From assembly GCA_029563245.1 (NCBI GenBank), contig JAKQSG010000094.1:1-36146 (forward strand): a DNA stretch of 36,146 nt, read 5' to 3'. The notes beneath the pieces are model-generated. The model was given only the letters and a program-made list of their open reading frames with translations. It was not told where the DNA came from and did not search any database. This document shows positions 34,601-36,146 of this stretch, one piece after another; the first letter of the stretch is position 1, and every line of letters begins with the position of its first letter. The translations under genes were made by a program, and so were the position numbers. The stretch comes from Candidatus Omnitrophota bacterium (GTDB taxonomy: Bacteria > Omnitrophota > Gorgyraeia > Gygaellales > Profunditerraquicolaceae).

Positions 34601-36146
34601 CGGATTCACCTGTTTCTTTAAAGACTCCGCGTGTTTCTCCAATTCCCCGCGGTAGATCAAAATGTTCATGGAAAAAACTATATCAGCCGGGCCGAAATTA
34701 TCCTTATCCGCATCCCCAAAGACAAATACTACATCCTGGTCATTACGGTTTTTTTCTGCCTCAATCAAAGCCGCGAAATCACGGTCTATTCCAACTACCG
34801 TCAAATCAACAAATCCCTCTTTGCGGTAATATTCCGCCATCCCTCTGCTAGCCTCTCCGTATTGGCATCCTATATCCAAGATACGCAGGGCGCTCTTCTT
34901 CGGCCAGGGAGAAAGATCTACTGACTTGACAATCTTTGCAATCTGCTCTGATTGTGCGCTTGAAATATCTTTAGAGATTAACGGGATAATTTTTCTAACG
35001 ATTAAACTACGTACCAATAAGGAATCATCATTCAATGCAGATAAAAGCAGCGCGGAGAGTATATCATCCGGTTTTAAGGCGAATAACTCTTTCAACATCA
35101 AGGCAGACTTTGCCCTGAGCCAAGCATCCTTTTCTCCCTGCAGTATAGAGATTAGAAGAGGAATCCCTTCTTCAGAGAATTGGGTAAAGAAGGCTATCGC
35201 CCTTTCCTTCTCTCCCTGGTTAGCCTTACGACTTGAGCCAATATCCTCTATACGGTAGTAAGAATTACGGACTATATCCTTTAATAAGAGCGCCGTGTCA
35301 TCCCGGGCTTTTTCTTCATCAATTATGCCTCTTGCGATATGTGAAATTAATTCATGATAGAGGATTTTCAACTGTAATTGCTCCAAGGCGAGCCCCTCGC
35401 CTAATAGGTCTTCAGAAGAAATAGTGAAGAAATATGGATTTAGGTATACAGTCCTGGTGGGGATATCGCAGGCAGCGACCTTACCTTTTGTAAGCCTTGA
35501 ATCGTTGGTAATGATAAGTGTCCAGTTGGCAATCTCTGGAGGAGCACGGCCTAAAACATGCTCTAATTCTGCCAGGCGTTTAAGAATAACTTCGGCCTGG
35601 GCTTTAGTTAATTCCTTAGGCAGCTGGTTTTCTACCTTAAAACCTTTTACCTCTATCGCCTGTGAACTCCAGCCTGCCCCAAGCTGACCCTCTGATACCC
35701 TATTAGCCGCATCAGGTAATGGTAACGGGTAAGTACTTAAGGGAAATCCGCTTACAGACTTATTTAACTCCGGAATTACTACTGAAGGGCGCCCGTCAAA
35801 GTACACTGCCTCCCATCTCCTCCCGTCATGGATGAGTACTCCGGCATTCCTGCCAAAGCCGGGTTTAGGGAATAAATTCACATTAACCACCCGGGCACCA
35901 GGGCTAAAACGTATATCATAACCTTCCTTATGCCCCACTACCATAGGTAGAAGATATATTTCATTTATACGGCTTAGCTCTCCGTCAAAACAAGCCCACA
36001 TAAGGCCTCCCGGCATATAATCTGTTTCTCCGTATAATTTTGGCCCAAAATGGGCGTTGCCACGGTTAAAGATTACATCCGAAAAATCATTATTTTCTAC
36101 TCCCCTAACCAACCGGGAATTAAACTCTGCGGCTATATGCTCCAGC
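19574..36146 (-). CDS. N-terminal part (at least 5,523 codons, 5' end possibly outside the window) of the same giant mosaic protein: repeated HELxSH module, SAM-MTase, PRPP-synthetase-like, phosphohexomutase, HAD-IIB, kinase-like, cupin PGI, APH-type kinase, GT2, HD-GYP-like, GHKL-like, metallophosphoesterase, M50 N-terminal half
   Basis: The ORF track gives 19574-36112 with a TTG start. The same frame has no stop from 36112 to the window edge (LEHIAAEFNSR-LVRGVENN...). Motifs I translated: ILDIGCQYG, YAGYSRQDK, VIDDETSSGGT, TASHNP/DPDADR/GFEESNG/RPSGTEPK, FDIDGTL, FDIKPENYG, TEGHHH...EVY plus PPGYQHITIN, HGDLSLGNV, FVNDGDDSG/YTDGD, ADRPYRKG, GDLHG/GNHD/GHTP, MHEFAH. Confidence 0.9.
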   Translation of the reverse strand, partial: LEHIAAEFNSRLVRGVENNDFSDVIFNRGNAHFGPKLYGETDYMPGGLMWACFDGELSRINEIYLLPMVVGHKEGYDIRFSPGARVVNVNLFPKPGFGRNAGVLIHDGRRWEAVYFDGRPSVVIPELNKSVSGFPLSTYPLPLPDAANRVSEGQLGAGWSSQAIEVKGFKVENQLPKELTKAQAEVILKRLAELEHVLGRAPPEIANWTLIITNDSRLTKGKVAACDIPTRTVYLNPYFFTISSEDLLGEGLALEQLQLKILYHELISHIARGIIDEEKARDDTALLLKDIVRNSYYRIEDIGSSRKANQGEKERAIAFFTQFSEEGIPLLISILQGEKDAWLRAKSALMLKELFALKPDDILSALLLSALNDDSLLVRSLIVRKIIPLISKDISSAQSEQIAKIVKSVDLSPWPKKSALRILDIGCQYGEASRGMAEYYRKEGFVDLTVVGIDRDFAALIEAEKNRNDQDVVFVFGDADKDNFGPADIVFSMNILIYRGELEKHAESLKKQVNPEGGKIYFSPSIWNRSYDSSGEDGIMRLYDMQESLKDLFPQADVQKMDYAVLFVLDGKGSFRSPWGDSCGWISVDLPSKLNVKAEDVQIRVATSKFPDGEIYLRILNPLALKGKQVDVSYKIESADDLVEVVLLMDSLRRYGADKINLSLDSPRGVDILEDILAIFYDTVVYSDKRSASSPYSGSEAKVSGKSDSVQVDMILYQHSRLEYDAIRAAEVINATPKRVGIRKEFNNPFAWTINIPEGVKGKNIVLLHSTENNLDIAELWLMLAALRREGVASISLINTYAGYSRQDKVFKDGEGVSAFTMLKVINALTDNHFVLNVHYGNGSGRIDFSGIGLYNLNAFVQVAEKMFDWLHSTLGLKGELEEFIRHPILILSPDDGASNYVREAAQLLEKYIKDNYPASGIKVYSGYMDKVRISPREVRIPPYILGEDKQKILSVGGVDLRDCWAFVIDDETSSGGTLLAAAYVLVKELGLSWGRVFSGVIHAKLARGLKPFETGIKAADAVKFLDKGYGIDPKYINDKKRLMPPQSLFVTKSVALPSEFPEEFKVSIASLVSYAVKKIITNHGAAGKSVFIGYHNHLAQNEADIFAQANVTGKVYRLLDIKDQLIDLIGKDKGRIYLGPGACYTGLLRRILSISLDELAGRGINIAISRNFGRFACILNNTIYLDSIFEEVIEESFKPAASRLKLNHFFRAKAAILFAILAHENKHTPRILSDLADFDEELDAGLAELEVYILIGRQFRLDVLDFLEKGFKEKKVFRDASYFINLANLYDINENKKAPDFYYVPKDNEESATGIFTGKGKGSFVGEVFLVLRGERQIPQQLREFYRYLSQMHREGKITLREVGFAILSVSDNLGDRGYNPYLKNELVREIENKRWDLLMESYREEVEFGTAGIRGKRGLENDLDGELIPYLPGPNRINQDVAGRYTLAVANYIVKNGLQERGVVVGFDVRKGSREIAQISKDILLKKGIRVYWFNEPRPISEIALAVLHKAAYCYIYITASHNPKSDTGFKIGNEIGAQLFGVQRLAIIREIALVSMDSVDDINTLPLGQDNKPVMMLGPDEDFDKYFSSKIRSHLLVPGKPTTLKVLYDPVFGTGQAVLPGILKDLGYEYSVFSEHEGFNGNFPDHRLVDGNGRPLSPDPADKRVLGPAIEYATEKGFDIVLATDPDADRCGIAFKDNQGNWQVMKANDLWAFLLWSRIEFMHDLASEGKLGKAYQGLMRDGFVMATWVTTDLIERIARAYGFHVRRPPVGFGKIAEESLDEIIMRDWFNSYAFDFESYGDRYKEGLGNIIGDMHIPSMKQAIEEIFSFARARILGGFEESNGVSLGGHTLEKDGLLAAVVMLELFEYVRSKGFSIWDAYIKLWRTFGCFVGANEQYSLAGPTAKVDRDKVIKKVEEIYRQARSASKATIAGKVIKEAHRGVDITEPKFNEPGYKFIFEDGSWLIIRPSGTEPKMRFYTQAEVKAAEFEGRKDEDLLAIRSLEEQKVTNFALEAIDEIKKRTFQLVGDSVKVGPIKARPRNIAMFDIDGTLALRRKPLEDSMINQVRGLLDKGMLVGINTGNMLDEANIARIVEPFKDHSDNFIIAANSSTQVFYFENGVRREDLVYRKGLPLDKAKVFSIIRECIAMVSLEESIPSEKFLFEDRITRVVVRIEELKEDTELSLKIRQALAQHIRDLFESKGIFGIEVVLEGKTTLAVTPAGINKAEALKYIYAKYGIQPQNIIYFGDEFGQEGNDLAVTGIQGIKVFSSGPPADAPPSVVALGEGINFTESALLEMNAYIKEKGFDKLRKFLDSQVFINKVRKEVEQISLVEKDLHLPEELRRRVYEFLPHLKVYFSGVMPDKVVITGYDFNSGREIVNLYALHAGETRYFRQVFYKRGYSLGFSYLDGYNRLAGCLVEMYRHFSLHQFADDFREAGIDVDKIIEMIGMAFRNCLKEEVFSSRTAGADTNHIYLNRDNTIIVKDLKAPAKIAFRLPGITVNAMESYQLAQKYHGHLAIRYLTFDDLEINVVDEEGRVSHETVKRAVVQKFVSVLFEEGLWDFDLKARRCHGILAEAIEEGDLDKAKLLIDCWLLSIRAKILRGIINFDIKPENYGYDPSVGRVGALDLGQVFKWHDFIPEQADLFICELQKARERVCDWAKACNKNKYGWEEELRKYIDNSVKDIFRIREDFSFDITKNVKDLRAETDYEELEEDFRDLSGRRISGLEVCFAGGEKVRGESRKLVARYLIDSGIQIKNAELVLARIGFKRAMQEYRLLSHSYDPIVLRGASYISISEGDYVGLKIREMFSTPSLQLVLSTGRYLGKDLSGEDMMRLKREIAKSLIRYYTPAQDVYRVIAERFGLDSHLYVSHRLSMERELSKIGFQSLSDEDKRFLSELLDIKDDEINLMQCIIAFDSLFERRLYPRFVTLKDFKIKPDGGMIRIEIASFGGLIQKIRESEVIIAINEGLGIVFEDIFLALEEYLGIRGVVLFLEAAYYQTKNAHPNIAEILSLRLRYLFKEYNSSGFFPQLLKDTPNINNPNAYPLPVSAKVQEASVNKFGKNWQSGAVEVAGFNLRGKFSSELIRGREEVIIKLLEELEVILGRAPPSLYVWRLLSTNDFNFTQGNVAACDIAARTIYIHPYFFELSGYLQKKIFYHELKSHLINYEFDEAKALADTARFFKTLDLSAQVGLPCFVDPKDMEVLYGPQARIWVQPWYKTFGANTMSQAPLWKSLMMAYEYTDSQGNITKQPDLTRYGDPNEVLYCGQQGPYWDDQKLWDSIKAHNLRPDVTVLPAGTIPAFLNGVRYEEYIRTEGHHHKTNLPEVYENNYGRNIFLLFKVRHNYPEEDSSIDKPGYEEIEDVMAVFAEPGDHVLFPPGYQHITINIGNTPFVMTDWVSTNAQSSFKYIKRHNGAPYWVVKGKDGNPEFIPNPRYKNIPLIRLVKPADEIPEFGFKKGKPMFDIVRSGQIEKFAFLNESGEPQKYNRVYRNAFVPYQPQAEPINNKVALWRSHSTKVNDLRTEQVDIEEKLSIALSEYDIGASEVSQVTYEFLRGGIENRRPVLIHAPKGDFVLKFITDSRRKAEFVISVIQRAISFGIPVPLVYKNRGGEYFTKIGSWYYTLEDYISSGIELNFSQATPKHFYSLGRLTALLHNAFLGFRASGSKPELSPQDIITAFSDFENLEKKLQNNPFLEEGELIFLNFARFIKEQMQHLLKEMSDVSYNSLPSSILHGDLSLGNVKWDGDSVIALFDWEKARSSQPRIGEFKNTLLAGGKGVGRKYSRENLIAMLKGYQLYTKNKLSRKELESIPNVLGIGTFGWDAARWFILSLDLLNNSSEKADAVEALMLEFSRMMQDFNKPWWGEAVDLLTGESLRRVLLSEDRASRLGIIFSECKTIDAKLNLLHLFAVDTYRDPEIRAVLSDQAICALLSKALAISLNRNDAKDIAVFLKELVSDPSKGILPEARMFIDSYLTVFNIHDPLEIAVCISLWRGQAKYPDPPLGRGWFKLKTEQFFREFLSVNPLVKGRFIFVNDGDDSGQGQQKTVDVLRGILSRSEYVDLRDKICLYSLSAEDKVAMGSVKHGALAAGMQIAADQGADIIMYTDGDPSAHLGLTGLLLEGIVNKGDDLVWGSIRKPGAIVSLRKFTRRLGTVGFNAWVRFLYKDLRFIRDNQRSFKAFRRKVIKRISPIGILSADESGCLKVSFNHDFVYGFAGDVEWLGRAAALRYRLREMPILWIDSPETSTMSFWSSAFSMGISALRSRIYLNKLHGRPGRRRELFLSMIRKATERIILSTAGNLASFVSINSVSLARGKTYKTSLTQAARVTLGLKNRTWNTRLMLDCFGSEKRIRAVSRLDREAGRNIEAKVLYRLRDQRGSVPLQARLFCRGNIFFNGNYYLNNEIYLPNPGLWELEVFLRYFDGGWVSLGKRYVKIERGPGRKRGSFILALKKAFSFTGLLRNKQAIGLPSVAGGDRSFAAALKLIGVSPKEDGVITNSDILKIKGIAGLYRSVFDMKGLSGDLDHLIRHIYRGRIIAVEIAEILNLSRRDIDIIAIAFTLYDLGKIFNSEIWELISSDKKISRDENDPQRKLINAHAGYSVEIINELQLDVSEEVLSLVLNHHHPQAIKDAKLRFLGELIYWADIAEIMLADRPYRKGSELNLSVEDLILFLNRQKNNNALLGIKNNEAIFQATVAVANDETFRALYSYPELSVWAIIIIANLYSQNDSSHQSYPAHMNPAGVDSLVRNPSEGEFGNIIDYLGGINALMREGLVLGMDKIAIDYLLPFPAEVVNGILRINPNTLRGPPEQLRAIFSGHEFYHLVNPGLSEERVRERTLEYLRDNHLLSSHIKFLEDNSIGLRPDLGWLNYLKRNRTEEKRRVESQIFIQDCLNLMRIWNNADGLNSDKQKILTEAFVERLKEDGYLIFSGGMYILPEAVFALDGLIEGKDLERLRELINALSINVGRHGDDLGKIVIFFNKNHNNLYICAMDKGKGFVTSNAHPFKNHAFKGLAGLKIYSKGRVWDQDKETWSDSNIKGGVSGSSVFCMYSLQTDSELPRLNEFIKAVRLGVYQDRAVVDLRKAPGDFEIIIIGDLHGRVNKFDALLNHRRRITVEGKEILEDSVLEKIRNKKAALFILGDAIHATPDVRVEMGDFIKWAKTGVKRQDLEGLVVDLYSNPDSSIALMRRIMDLKISNPDNFYYILGNHDLINYHWSKSGPCGFIIDQSIPYRKALEDRFGSKYLDLYRKFVEASPVLLIADNLVAAHAGPVKGRFKLQKIRNLSTTNLKNSMLVNLLMGRFCEYSLEGEEVFSYSQDDLSSFLEALGYDSKSCWFIVGHTPTQNGFFKRVLFNHYLISGCEREFGYFSYRNGNGEFVGVQDEGDAVKMHAGVYFSKFNEGFTLFKISQVPVKLHWSFFFALGLAAGNGFLALAFLFSIFTLVTMHEFAHIKSAAKYGIGATQILLTALGGVATLESCGFTPRQEKRIAFAGPLFNLSLGVVLFCPCFSLLLLQHGILD
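19577..19646 (-). other. Frame-change junction: 70 nt in which both giant reading frames are open; contains coding-strand T5 (19609-19613) and T4 (19621-19624) runs
   Basis: Frame A stops at TAG 19574-19576. Frame B (-1 relative to A) is open from just after TAA 19647-19649. One added T in the T4 run gives ...GVVLFLSLFFIAPFTAW.... A -1 slip on the U run gives ...LFCPCFFIAPFTAW.... Either product is a plausible continuous transmembrane helix of an M50 domain. Confidence 0.7.
26578..27001 (-). repeat. Copy 2 of the same intragenic module
   Basis: YPLPVSAKVQEASVNKFGKNWQSGAVEVAGF...LGRAPPSLYVWRLLSTNDFNFTQGNVAACDIAARTIYIHPYFF...IFYHELKSH...FDEAKALADTARFFKTL. HELKSH is at 26642-26659. Confidence 0.8.
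35272..35731 (-). repeat. Copy 1 of an intragenic ~140-150-aa protein module (YPLP...EV.GF...LGRAPP...TND...G.VAACDI..RT.Y..PYFF...YHEL.SH...DE.KA..DTA)
   Basis: Translated by hand. HELISH is at 35339-35356. By eye it is about 40% identical to copy 2. The two copies share an almost identical nucleotide core, atatcgcaggcagcgac, encoding VAACDI. Confidence 0.8.

Noticed and set aside
17208-35356. Treating HELISH (35339-35356), HELKSH (26642-26659) and HEAKKH (17208-17225) as canonical HExxH zinc sites.
   Set aside because: Their spacing is H-E-x-x-x-H. Only HENKH, HEFYH, HEFGH and the M50 HEFAH have true HExxH spacing. They are reported as a repeated module with a possible metal site, not as confirmed zincins.
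8665-35687. About 45 plus-strand ORFs of 60-177 aa listed in the track inside the giant genes (for example 10417-10902, 13657-14133, 14365-14898, 23235-23498, 34926-35258).
   Set aside because: All of them lie antisense to a continuous minus-strand frame that is rich in motifs. Their translations are low-complexity (S/L/I/F/P-rich) with no start context or recognisable motifs. These are shadow ORFs, typical of AT-rich coding DNA.
8088-36146. Giant gene as an NRPS/PKS megasynthase or an RTX/Ig-repeat adhesin.
   Set aside because: I found no adenylation (SGTTG.PKG-type), condensation (HHxxxDG), ketosynthase (DTACSS) or carrier-protein (GG.S) motifs, and no long tandem near-identical repeats. 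The recognisable domains are primary-metabolism and signalling enzymes.
1-36146. tRNA, rRNA, CRISPR arrays, transposases or inverted-repeat mobile elements, and alternative genetic code (stop-codon reassignment).
   Set aside because: The only non-coding gaps are 59, 104, 117 and 48 nt long, and none contains a repeat-spacer or cloverleaf-like structure. No transposase or integrase motifs turned up in any long frame. The multi-kilobase frames are intact under the standard code, so recoding need not be invoked.

Overview
Every gene I can support is on the minus strand, so the window reads right to left.

(1) 36146 to 8088: two huge overlapping ORFs, of 5,512+ and 3,844 codons. I read them as one gene of more than 28 kb and more than 9,300 codons, broken by a single -1 frame change. 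An M50 (site-2-protease type) domain is split exactly across the 49-nt overlap: HEFAH lies upstream of the junction and NLLPVFPLDGG downstream. The frame is still open at the right window edge, so the true gene may be longer. The product is a mosaic. It contains housekeeping sugar-phosphate enzymes: PRPP-synthetase-like, phosphohexomutase, HAD-IIB phosphatase, cupin phosphoglucose isomerase, APH-type kinase, GT2, and NagB/6-phosphogluconolactonase-like. It contains a SAM methyltransferase. It contains signalling domains: kinase-like, GHKL-like, metallophosphoesterase, PAS, and a degenerate HD-GYP-like domain. It contains protease-type domains (M50, JAMM), a repeated His-Glu...His module, two HEAT arrays, several transmembrane clusters and a Pro/Asn-rich tail. 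It has neither the NRPS/PKS nor the repeat-adhesin type of architecture.

(2) A small polytopic membrane protein follows directly behind the giant gene.

(3) Two paralogous PilZ (c-di-GMP receptor type) genes with their own sigma70-like promoter.

(4) A sugar-uptake operon with its own promoter: lipoprotein solute-binding protein and two permeases, but no ATPase. It is translationally coupled to a secreted clan GH-A glycosidase. A secreted tandem-domain protein, truncated by the left edge, follows.

I saw no rRNA, tRNA, CRISPR array or transposase. All domain calls rest on motifs I translated by eye and need HMM or structure confirmation.
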